NCBI RefSeq assembly: GCF_018350175.1
Contig: NC_058369.1
Coordinates: forward strand, 16,432,001 to 16,496,000
Length of the DNA stretch: 64,000 nt
Origin: Felis catus
Taxonomy: Eukaryota
Direction: 5' to 3'
Part shown: one piece after another, positions 11,701 to 23,700 of the stretch
Layout of the letters: each line of letters starts with the position of its first letter
Position numbering within the stretch: the stretch's first letter is position 1
Notes under the pieces: generated by a model
The model's input: only the letters and a program-made list of their open reading frames with translations
Database searches by the model: none
Told to the model about the DNA's origin: nothing
Position numbers and translations under genes: made by a program

Positions 11701-14700
11701 TGGCAGACTGTCCCAAGATGGGACAGTTAGCCCTCCGAAGCCCAGAGAGTAACCCTCGAGTGCAGCTGGGAACAGCAACCCAGCAGACACATACGTGGCC
11801 TAGCAAGGCTTCTCAAAATACCCTCCATGAGCTAGGGTACCTGAGCAGATAAAGTGGTCCTTGTGTGGCCCACCGGGTGGCAGAGATGTGCCTATTCCTG
11901 CACACCACACACCGAATGGCAGGACGGGCCAGGACATACCATCAGCAGTTGAGGGCTAGCCAAAGAACAGAAAACTACTCTCTCCATGCCTGCCTCCTCA
12001 GTGTGTCTGGTCTCCACGAGCCCGGCCTCCGTCACGAGTGAGTCCCGGAAGCGGGGCCAGCCAGGAGCCTGGCTTCTCTTCTCTTACTTATCTCTGCAGC
12101 CCTCTCTGCTCAGAACCGGGTGTGGAATGGACCTGGACTGGACTGAAATCTGCAGATAGGGCTTAGAAGACAGGCTGTGAGGCAAGGCCTAAGCAATAGG
12201 CCATAGGCAGGGTGGGCTGGCCCCAGCCCCAGCCCCGGCCCCGGAGGAGCCACAGGCAGAGGCGTGGGAGACGGCCAGGCCAGAGGAGTGCCCAGAACTT
12301 TTCCCCAGCCATCTCCGGGCCTGAGGCTACAAAACACATGAGTCCTGAGCTAGGGGCTACGGAGGACACAGACTTGAGCGCCCCTTCCCCGAGCTAACCC
12401 TCTCCTGGTGGGGAGAGACCGCTTCACGCAGACCCTGGCCACATGCCCTCTGGCCTGTATCAACAACAGAATGCCACAGGACCAAAGGGACAATGAAGAT
12501 GCTCTTTGTGACTTTTGTGGGATGAACGCCATGATGTGCTACTGCTAGACTAACCAGAGCAAGGTGAGGAAGAGTAGCGTGCTGTCACGTGTGTAAAAAC
12601 AAGTGTGCTGTTTGGCGGGGGGGTGGGGTTGGACATACCAGCATATTTTCCTATCTGTGTACCGCCTACCTCTGGAAGATGCCAAGAAGCTGGCCCTAAA
12701 AAGGTGGTCTTAGGGGCACCTGGCTGGCTCGGCTGGTAGAGCACATGACTCTTGATCTCAGGCTTGTGAGTTCAAGCCCCACATGGGGGCAAGGAGCCTA
12801 CTGAGGGGAGGGGGGAGGTTGTCTTATAAGCAAGAGTTGGGAGTGAATGAAGAATTTTTTCCCCGTGTGCCTTTTAATACCTTTGAATTAGGAGCCACGA
12901 ATCCCTTACATACTCAAAAACTAAAATAAAATGTGTAAATATACACCCAAATAACTACAGACGTCAGATCCATCACTGCATAACCACTGAAAACGTTGTC
13001 TGTGAAAGACTGCCCTTAACACGCAACCGAATAATTAACAGAAAGAAAAAAAACAACCAAACGCTGACAGTGATTATCTAAGCGATTTTTTTACTTGCTT
13101 CTCCGATTTTCTGTAGTTTCTAGAGTTGCTAATGTAGTTAATATTCTGTCTGCACAGAAACAGCCAACCAATTAGACGGAAGAAAACAAAAAGAGGCAGC
13201 AGGCAGAGGGGACACAGTGAGGCTGACCCCCAGGAGCAGGGACTGTGGTGGGCTCAGCACCCGGCAGCCATCAGCGCCTCTGGCCAAAGAGAAGCAGAGG
13301 CCAAGACGCGCTCCGGAGGCTTTTGGCCCTGGAGTCTACGGACAGGAGGGCAACACAGTGAGCCCAGTGCCTTCTAGGACTCCACCCTTTGCAACCACGT
13401 GTCCTGGGCCACCCACAGGCCCCTCCATGGAGGCAACTGGCATCTGAGTTTAGCCTGTGGTCTGTCCCATGGGGAGGACAGACACAGAGGCCACCTGGGA
13501 ACCTCTACTTTCACCCTCTCTGATCCAGGGTCCCCAGTGTCCCCTAAACAAGACTAAGCCTCTTAGCACAGTCCTGGCCTCATTCCTCATTGGTCCCTAC
13601 AGCCTGCTTTCCAATCAAATGTCCCCTGGGTCACTGCCAGCCCTGTCTCCTACACACTCTGAAGCCTCTTAGGCTTCAAGAGCTAGCTCAACAAGATGGC
13701 ACTGTGGGCAGCCCAAATGTCCCCACTCACCCCAAGACAGCTGACCGCTCCTCTCCTGTGCCCCCTCTTTGCCCTACATGCCCCTACCCTCTACTCAGCA
13801 GTCCTCACACCCCACTGCACATGGCCCCTTTGTGGCTGTCCTGCACACCCTGCCTTATAAGTGCCTAGGGACTGAGCTCCAGCACTAAGCTCCCAGCATG
13901 CGCTTGCCCCCGGCTCGATGGAAGAATTCAGAGAGGGCACTGATGGGTGGCCAGGGGCCCTGTGGGCCTTTTAATGCTTGGGAAGACAATATAGGAAGTA
14001 AAGGATTTGTGCCCAGGAGATTCAAAAAAGGCAGGAATGTGTTCTGGTCAAGGCAGCCAACTCCTAAGTGACTTCCATTGTCTCCGTGGCAAAGCAACAG
14101 TGATGCCCAGGTCCACATTCTATGGAGCCTCCTTAAATTGGGGGAAATGTACCCTTTCCCATCTCCTCCCTTCCGCCTTCTCCCCAGGCATCTGAGGAGA
14201 CCTATCAAGTGCCCGAGCAGGTTCGGTGACCGCTGAGAGGTCTTCCTCAAGACCAGCTGCAGGGCCCCCAGGCGTGGGCTGGCTGGGAGAGCCCGGGGAG
14301 AGGACACGGAGGTGCCTTTTCACACCTTCCATGTGTGCCATTCAGGGGAAGGGAGGAGAAAGCTGGCATTCTCTGTAAAGTGGGAAACTCTACCCAGGAG
14401 TAGAGTTCTAGAATGTCCAAGTGAAAGGAAATTTCCAGATGATGTGGTCCAAACCACTCCCTGGTGAACGGGCATCAGAGAAAGCCCGCTGCTCATGGAG
14501 GTTTCCTAGCCCTGGCCCACTTCACCCCCCTTCATCCATGCTACCAGCCTTACCCTCTGGGACACGAGCCTCTCTTCTCACCTCGCACGCAGCCCGTCCT
14601 GCACCCCTGGAGAGAGGCCGGAATGGGGCAGTCCCACGTGGCCTGCTGAGAACACAGCCCACCCCACCCGGCTACCTTGGTCCCTCCTGGACCAGAAAGA

Positions 14701-17700
14701 GGGCTGTCTCGAAGCTCTCCCCGCAGCCACTGACCACAGGGAAGGCCAAGCCCAGGAGGGACCTGCGAGACCCTGGAGGCCAGCACTGGCTGAAGACAGC
14801 AGCTCTGACCGCAGAGGCACACAGTGTGCACATCCGGGGTACAGAGACGCAGGGCTCTTCCAGGGACACACACGCCCCAACAACCTTCTGGGTGCCTTAG
14901 GCTCTGCACACAGACGACACTCACCTCCGTGTCCCCAATACAAACAAGGCCTCGTTTCTTGCTACCAGTGGCCAGACCCTGGAGACCCATGAAAACAAGG
15001 TGACAGGCGACCATCTCAATTGGTGTGCACAAGGGCTCCAGAGGCTGGGGTCACTTCCCTCAAGACTGATGAAAGCGTTCAAACCTCATGACCTGATAAG
15101 CCTGCTCTGGGGAACTTATTCCGTAGAAACAGCAACAAAACAGGGACAAACAAAACACAATGTTCCACACAGAAATGTTTCTGGTAGCAGAATCTGTAGC
15201 AGCCCTGGGCAGACACTTGTGGCTCTCTTCTGGCAGAGTCCCCCAGAGGATGAGCACCCTTCCAGATGCCGGCCAGGACTGGGGGTGAGGGTGGGTGGGA
15301 ATGTCCAGCTCGGGACTGCAATCACAACACCTAGAAACTTCACTACAGGTAAAGTGCAAGATCAGCGTGGAAACTGTTGGGCTACGGTGATGTTTTTGTT
15401 TGGTGGCTGCTGAACAGTTTAACCCAGGACACTTGGATACTTGATGGTTGGCTTAATAGCAAATGAAACTTTTAAAGAGCCCAGCGGCTTCCCCACTCAT
15501 GGGCAGAAGACATAGGACTCCAGCTGTCCTCCCAAAGGACGACTCTGGCCACACCATGGGGACAGATTAACGATAGGGGACAAAGCTCCCTCCCCTTCCA
15601 TCCGGCCAGCTCCACCTCCACCCTGCCAACCACCCCAGGCCTCCTGTCCTATGACAGGCAGAGAGGATGTGGCACAAGAACCGACCACGTGCTGGACGGG
15701 GCCACATCACGTGGACAAAGCCTCTCAAGTGACCCCTCAGAGGGCTTCAGGGAAAGCGGTGGGAGCTCCCGCATCCGCTGGTCCTGCCCCGGCCCCAAGG
15801 CCCAGGCGACAGGCAGAGAATGGGATAATGCTTGCTTCTCAACAGGAATGCCCTCCACATGCTGCCCTCAGGGCTGCCCTTCAACCTAAGGTGGTTACTG
15901 ACACGTTCCAGACGTGGAAATCAGTCCAGAGAGGCTCATGGATGCGTTCGAGGCATCGGAGTGAGGGAAAAGTCAGAGCCAGAATCCAAACCCAGGTCTC
16001 TGGCCTTCAGGCAGACCCCAGTCCCCCCTCACCGAGCTCCTCAGGGACCCACGATCATGCGGAAGAGTAAAGGCTTCCTGACCCCACGCCCGGGAGTCCT
16101 GCCCAGGGCTGCAGTCCCACTTGCAAGTGAGCCCTTGGTGTTCCTTAAGGGGAAAATGCACGCTGGGCACCCCCCACCCTCCCGCTCCAGGAGTGCAGCC
16201 CACAGCGCCATTCTTGAAACCCCTCTTCCCTCTCCAAAGCCCATCCCCCCCAGCCCTCCGAGCTACCAGGACCCCCACTCAGCTCCTAAAATCACAGTGG
16301 GTCACAGGTGTTAGCGGCACAAAGGGCTTTAGAAATACACAACAGAAAGGCAGCCACGCCTTTGCCTTAAAAACAGGGAGGCCACGGGGCACCAGAGCCG
16401 CTAGGGATGGGACCCACATGGGAGCCCCACCAAGACAGACTGACAGCTATGTTCACCCAACTGTGTCGGCCCCAAGGCCCACCAAGAGCACCAGACGCCC
16501 AGCCTCTGATGGTTCAGAAGAGCTAGCAGCTGTTCAAGGCAATGCCCAGGGCCAAGGGTCAGGTCCCTGCCCGGCTCGAGCTGCCGGCACAGCAGGGTCA
16601 CGTGGCCTGCACCCGCTCCCACCCGAGCCTCTGCAGAGCCCAGACCACGTTCTCTGGATTTCCAGGTTGGGCTTTGTACCCACCCCACCTGAAAACGCAC
16701 AGCTGACGGGGACGTGAAGCACCAGAAATGGCTGAGGTACCAAAAATCAAGAGCTGAAAAATAAATTATGAGTAGTACTCTCAAAGAAATATTAAGCAGC
16801 CATTGAGAATCTTGTAGAAGTGTATTTATCAAAAGATGGTCGGGCTGCAGTAGGTGAAAACGGTAACAGCAGGATATGCACAGATACATGGTGGTCTGTA
16901 TTTTCTAAGTTTTCCACAACTGAAAGAAATATATAATTTAAGTACTTTGTATCAATTTAAATTTTAAAAGAGGAGGAGGGTAAAGGCTCTGGCAGCTGAA
17001 CTGAACCCCAAAGGGCCCACAAGACGAGGTCAGACACTGGCCACACTGGCTGTCTCGGGCCAGACGGGACTGGGGAGAAGGAGCCTGCACAGCCCCTCGC
17101 CCCCCATCCTCCTGGGGCCCAACCCGTCACACAGGCCACGCGGTGGATGGCGCTCAACCCCACTAGGCTGCCCTGGGCTGTAAGCTGCCAGCCTCTGCTG
17201 CAGGCTGCCAGAGAAACCCTCCTCCCTCTTCTCGCCACACAGCTGCCTGGCCCCCCGATGGCCACCCCGCCGGCCCCGGCCAAGAGGGCACGTGGTATGA
17301 AGGCTCTAGCACCTCCGTGTTTGGGAGCAGCGCTAAGGGTGAAGGTCATGGAGCAGAAGCAGGCCTGGCCTGCCTCAGGAGCTGGCAGACAGAGGCATCT
17401 GGGGGGAGTCCCAGCGCTGTTCCGCTTGCTCTCCGGAGGGAGGAGATCTTGGACAAGTCACTTCATCTGCATGAAGCACAGCTTCTTCACCTCGCGGTGC
17501 ACCACACCCACCCCCAGAACAGACAGGGGGATTTACTGAGAAGGGCTTTGGAAGCACTGATGATCATGACCTACGAGATCAGGACTTCTTTCCACGAAGA
17601 AAGGACCCAGCCAGCCTCCCACCTTTCCCTGACACAGAAGGGAAGTGCCTGGCCTGGTCTCATGGTGAACACTGCCTTCCTTCAACTAGTTCTCTCTTGG

Positions 17701-20700
17701 TTCATTCTCCCACATTCCAGGCCTATTCCTGAGCAACAGGGTCAGGAAGAGCAGAGCGGCCGCAGGTCTTTGTGCTGGTGCCTCAGCACGAGCCATGGAG
17801 CCACGCTCCCTCCCCAGTGCCACGGATGGGACAGCCCCAGGCCCGGAGCGCAGTGAGGGAAGCCAAGAGGAGTGGGTGAGGGCCACTCTGGTGGTTACCG
17901 CTACAGTGGAACAAGGGCCACTGAATCAAGCGGATGCCACGGGTCTGTGAGTACACCCTGGCACACAGACACCGTCCTGGGGACCCAACTCGCAGACAAA
18001 AGAAGGCCTGCCTGCCATTTGCCAGCCTACAGGGTTTGGGTGCCAGGCCAGGCCCAGGCTGGGCCTCAGCCGGGATGGGACCTCTCTCCACACGGGAGTG
18101 GGAGAACTGGTTTTCCATCCTGAAGAAGGAGGGCCAGTGGCCCAGTTTCTTCAGCAGCAGTGTGTGACACGCACTCCAGAGTGAACCACTGTCCCCGAAC
18201 GGTGACTGCTCCGGCTGGGTGCAGACCTTGATCCAAAGCCAGAGGGAGGTGGTGGCTGTGGGGGCTGAGGGTTTGAGGCTTGCTTGCTCAGGCACTCAAC
18301 AAGACACGCTCCCCTGCCCCATGCCCGGTAGAGTGTGCAACACCTCCCCTCTCCTCCCACCTGGCAGGGTGGCTGTGACTATCAGCCACGAACCCTACCC
18401 CAGGCACCCCTCTATGGCACATATGTCAGCTGACTTGCCATCAGAGGAAGTGACTGAGGGCTTGAAAAGAAAAAAACAAAAGCAGCTGACAGAAATACCC
18501 CTTTCTGTGGACCAGCTTTCCAGGGCCGCCAGATCATCTCTTATCTAGGCAGCAGGCGAGGAGCTGTGTCAGAGATGAGTCATGGAGGCCCCTCAGAGTT
18601 AGCTACAGGGCAGGCTGGCTGGAAGAGGGCAGATCCAGCCCAGAGAACAAGCAGGACCCTTTTCTGGCAATGCAAACACGTCTTTCCTTCCCCAGAACGT
18701 GGCTCAGACTGGTCCCCCTTCAAGGGACTGACTCCCCACCCTAGTGGGGATTTCGTTGTATGGGGACAGGACAGGGTTTATCCTGAAGAGAGTAATACAA
18801 ATTTTTAAAAAGGAATTTTGATCTACAGGTTCCAGGCAATTCCAGTCAAAATCCCAGCAAGCTTTTCTCATAGATACGAACAAGCTGATGCTAAAATTTA
18901 TCAGGAAGGGCAAAGGAACTAGAACAGCCAAGATTCTGAGAAGATTCCTTAGGCAAATGGGCAGGAGCACGGGCAGAGAGGAAGCTGGGTGAGTCGCCGG
19001 CATGGCTGGTGAGGGGCGACGTCCTGCGGTGCCTGCCTTCAATCCTGTTGGGTTTTCCTGTTTCCTCAGCCACATACCCTACCCCCCACGCCCCTGCATG
19101 TGCAAAATGATGCCGCTCAACTTCTTTGCTGAGGATGATCTGTACCAAGGAAGGGAGGCCCCACAGAAGACCTCCTAACGATTCATTTCTTGGCCAATGT
19201 ACTTACTTCTATCCTTATCCACCCACCTCCGTTTCCCCCATGACTGCCCTATTTGCAAAGTTAGCATAGCCTCCACAAACACTAGTTCTGCCTTTTCCAG
19301 GTGTGTCTGGAGTCCTTCAGCTGGCTCAGGAGGGCCTACAAGTGTCTTCTTCCTGCCCACAGCCCAGTGACGGTATCTGCTGTGCTCATCGGGACAGCAA
19401 GTGTTATTTTTCTCCCCATCTTTCAGTCAAAGAAAGCCTCGGGTGAGGCTCACTGAGGCAATGTGACTTGCCAAGGCCAGAAGGCTCCTGAGTGGCAGTC
19501 CTGAGGTCTCACCATCAGCCTAGTTCCTACAACTTTGGGGCCGCTGCTGCACAAAGAACCGCCTCAACCTTTCTTATTTTGCTCAGTCCTGTCAGTGTAA
19601 ACAAAGGCACATGACGACCTAGTGAACACCAACCGAAGAAACAGGCTGCGTGCCACGTGCCTGTGCAGAGCCTAAAGGCCACCATATTAAATCCTCCTCC
19701 CTGCTCCAGCGATCTGTATAAAAAGCCCGGGCTGGGGTCTACAAGCAATGGGTCAGAGGATGTCTGTCCATGCCTCTCCAACAAGTGGCCATCCCACTCG
19801 TCCTTTCACCCTGCTGGTTTACACCTCTGGACCTTCTCTGCCTAAATCCGACCCACTAAGATTCCAGACCCAACTCGAGAGGAATGTTCTCCAGGAGGCC
19901 TTGTCCTGCTGCCCTGGGCTGAAGGCAGCCTGGAGTGGGCCCTGCGTTTCTCTCAGGACACTTCAGAAGGGCTGGTGCCCACAGGGCTGCCCACCTGGCA
20001 CCTAGGCTCAGTGTGCGTGGACCTGGACTGAAGCAGACTATTCTTACCTCCCAGGAGCCAAGGAAGCTGAGATGCTCACCGGTTAACTGGCCTCAGAGGT
20101 CATCTCTGCCACCACCACCCCACCCCACCCACCCCCGCTCAGTGGACCTAGAAGGTAGCCCCTTTCTCCCCATTGGCAAAGGGGGCCATGGCAGGGGGCT
20201 GTGGCCTAGGGGCTGGAGCCTGCTTTCAAGCCGTAAGCATCCTGCTGGGAGTTCCTTTCTAGACTTGGGGTACAGATGAGCAGAAAGGTCCCCTCTTTCC
20301 TGGGAGAGACACTGACAGACTCTGCTGCCTCATGGTACTTCTGGAAAGCCCACACCCAAACCCTGGACCCTGCAGTCTGGGGTTACACCCACAAGGGTCT
20401 GGCCACTTGGCACAGGGACTGAGGCCTTCCAAGATAAACCCAGACAAACCCTTTACTCTATGCCTGTTAAAGTGAGGAGAGTCCGTTTTTCCTGGGGGGC
20501 CACAAATTCAGTCCTGGCTAAGGCTGGGCTTCCTGACAAGCTAGGCAGTGACTGAGCAGCAGAGGGACAGCCACTGAAGTCAAGCCCCCGCCTACTAGGC
20601 CGGACTGGCCCACCACACACCCTGCCTTAAAGGAGGCAGGGTCAGAGGAAAGTCGAAGAACAGGATAAGCTGAAGTAGAACCCAATTCGGTGTCTTCAAG

Positions 20701-23700
20701 TTTGATCCCTGGGCTGCTAAGAGCAAAGGAACAGGGACCCTGCATTCGCTCACTGAGGGGTCTCACAGGGGGTCTGGAGCTTCACTACAAAGGACTCTAA
20801 CAGGTGAACGGGGTCTCTTTGACCCGGAGCTCCCGCACAGGAACCTGGAACCATGCGCCCTTCACTTTCTCTTTCACACTGCTTTCATTATGAATCTCTC
20901 AGGCACACAGGAAAATTCAGAGCATAACACAACACTTGTACTCACTTCCTCCAGAGTCAACAAAAGCAACATTTTGCATTTTTTGAGACAGGTTTGTCCC
21001 CCCCCCCTCCCCCTTTGTTGTTGTTGTTAAAGAAATCCTATGCTGTAGCCGGTGAAAGCCTTTCCCTAATTCTGTCTCCTCCCCGCTTCCCAGCAGCTAA
21101 TCTGAGGCCAGGAGCTGGTGCACCTCCACCTGCGTGTTTACACTTCTGCAGCTCCCGCTTCATAGCCCTTGACAGCTTACCACACACTTGCTTTTCTGTG
21201 AAGTCTGTCTCCCTCTAGAGAATGCCAGCCCCCTGAGGGCAGGGCCTGTTTCGTCCACTGCTGCCTCCCAGGCCAGGAAGGATGCCCTGTGCCAATCAGA
21301 CAACCAGCCGAGTCAGGCCTTGTTGAACGAGTAACACCTCTATCGTTATGGGGGCTTCTAAATTTGATATACACGTTCCTACCCTGTCTGTTCTCAGTTC
21401 TGAAGCCTGCTTTTTCCTCTATCAACACCATGTTTGAGATTCAGTCGCACAGTTCAACAGTTCTACTCTATGACCCACCCACCTGCTAACCAATGACCCT
21501 TCTCTTTCTCATCAAGGAGGTCCCTGAAAGCAGGGACCTTCCAGCAGAGCCAAGAGAGCCCAGGAATCAATGCTCTAGCCAGTGACTGAGAACCTAAGAA
21601 CAAACCAGAAGAAAACCAAAGGTTCCCCCAGCAGTTACCACAGAACAGGGGAAACTGTGCAGGTACGCACCCCCAAACCACACAAGTGGAGTCACCTGAC
21701 AAAAGAGCAACCACCTGGCCTTTGTCTCTGTCACCAGCCAGGCTCCCTGAGGTGATGGGGGGGGGAGGGTGGGCCCAATAAGAAAGCACAGAGCCCACTG
21801 GGGTGGCGAGGGTCCCAGCACCACCAACTGGCACCACCAGCCTCTCAGCACAGAGCCGTTACCATCTCTGATAATAAGGGAGGTGGCAAGGACCCCATAG
21901 GGCTGCTATGAGGACAGCGTGAACCCACCGGGTAAACTGTGAAGCCACACTCACACGTGCACACACACACCCCTCTGTGGACCTGGAAAGCCCTACCTCA
22001 TTTGAGATCGGCTCCAGATGAGGGGTCTGCTCCTCCTGAGTTCCCACTCACACTGGTAAAGACAACACAAGGCTGTGGCATCAGGAAGGCCTGCTCCCTC
22101 CTCCGGGGAGGGTCCCCCACTCCTGCTATAAACCCGCAAAGCACAGTCTGCCCAGGTAAGTTTTCTGAGGACCTCAAGATCCACTCCCCCAAGTGAGCCA
22201 GTGCCATCAAGCCCTGTGCCTGCTTGGGACAGAGGACATCAAGGTGACCTGTCCATTCGGAAACCAAGTGTGATCCTAAGCACAGCCCCCCAGCTACCCT
22301 TATGGCCCCAGCTCGGTGCTGGGTGTGGGAGGGAGGGCACGAGACTCAACGCTGGTATGGGAAGCGCTGGGCAGACATGAAGGTTCTCCCCAGCTCATGA
22401 AGACCAAACACAGAGCTCCTGCCTGCCCCACACGCTAGCTCTGCAAGTGGCTCCCGGGTATTTCTGATGCAAAGCAGCACCCAGGTCGTGTGGAGGTGCC
22501 AGCCCTCGAGACTGGAGGCAGACCATGTGCCCGCAACCACAGGGGAGAGTGCCAGGTTCAGGGAAACTACAGTTGACTCAGCCAGAAGACAGGATTTGCA
22601 AAGAGGAATGCCCTCTATGACCTGAGAGGGGTGGGGGAGCACAGACAGGGATGAAGAAGTGGAGGCCTCTGAGCTGAGCTCCACATGAAGACCGACAGGT
22701 CAAAGGCAGAGATGAAAGGAAAACGGAGATGAGGAGGAATCCAGGCTGAGAGAGGATGCCGTCAGGAGATGCTGAAGGGCCAGAGAGGTTACGGGGGGAC
22801 TAGGTTGGACCAGGCCGGTAGCCTGGACAGAGCTTACACACCAGGCAGGGTCTGGGCCTGATTCTGCAGGTGCCAAAGAATCACGCCACGAAAGCAGTTT
22901 GACGGGAGGAGTGATAAACCACAAGGAGGGTCGGGAAGAAATTGCCGGTGGCTGAGTACGAGCCAGCGGGCCAGCAGGGGAAAGGGTACAGAGCAGGCTC
23001 AGGCTCCGACTGGGGAGAAGGGCGACATTTTCAGCTCTGAGCAGGCAGCCCGGGGCGGGGAGGAAGGCACGGGGTAAAGACTGTGAACAGAGGTGAGAAG
23101 ACACAGAAACCGGCAGGTGTCACTGGAGCACACAGGGCAGAGCGCGGCACACGGGCCTCACCTGTGCTTCTCGCCTTCCTCTTCCCCTTCTCTGAGCTGC
23201 TTGGTCTTGGGCTCCCCATCTTCCTTGTCCTGCAAAGGAAGGGAGAAAACCACTTGGTCACATGCAATCCTTGATGCCCAGGCACCTGGCGAAAAACGGG
23301 ACTCCCTGGCCAGGAGCAGCCTGGTGTTGCAGCCCCCAAGTGGGGCACAACACTGGAGCCTCCCTCTCCCCCGCCAGCCTTCTACCCTCCCAAGCCCCCT
23401 CCCCACCCCGCCAAACTTAACTACCGGTAAGCCCAGGCCAGACCCCCAGTGGCCCTCAGAGAACACCAGGAGGAGCTAGAAGGTTTTCATGGTGAGTAAT
23501 GAAGCTGGCCGGTGTCAGAGGCCCACTTCCTGGGTCTGGAGGGAGTCCCCTGCTGAGCTGGGAAGAGTAGTGACCAGCAGCGAGGGTGGGGCAAAAGCTC
23601 AGGCCTCCGGGCTCCCCTTCCAGGCCGGACTCCCCTTCTCCAGAAACACCTATTTGCTTACCTTAAGGAGGAACCACAGCTCAAACTAGAACTGGGCTTG

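Noticed and set aside
11870..11883. CTCF-like motifs (CCACCGGGTGGCAG; similar near 23873, 32357, 59167)
   Set aside because: Imperfect matches expected by chance in GC-rich DNA; cannot be supported without ChIP data.
12713..12802. tRNA-Lys-like sequences (also 24285 and 28021)
   Set aside because: Diverged, with tails and TSDs; these are SINEs rather than functional tRNA genes.
23162..23229. Exon 2 circular RNA promoted by flanking inverted SINEs
   Set aside because: 68 nt is very short for a single-exon circle, and nearer intra-intronic SINE partners compete.
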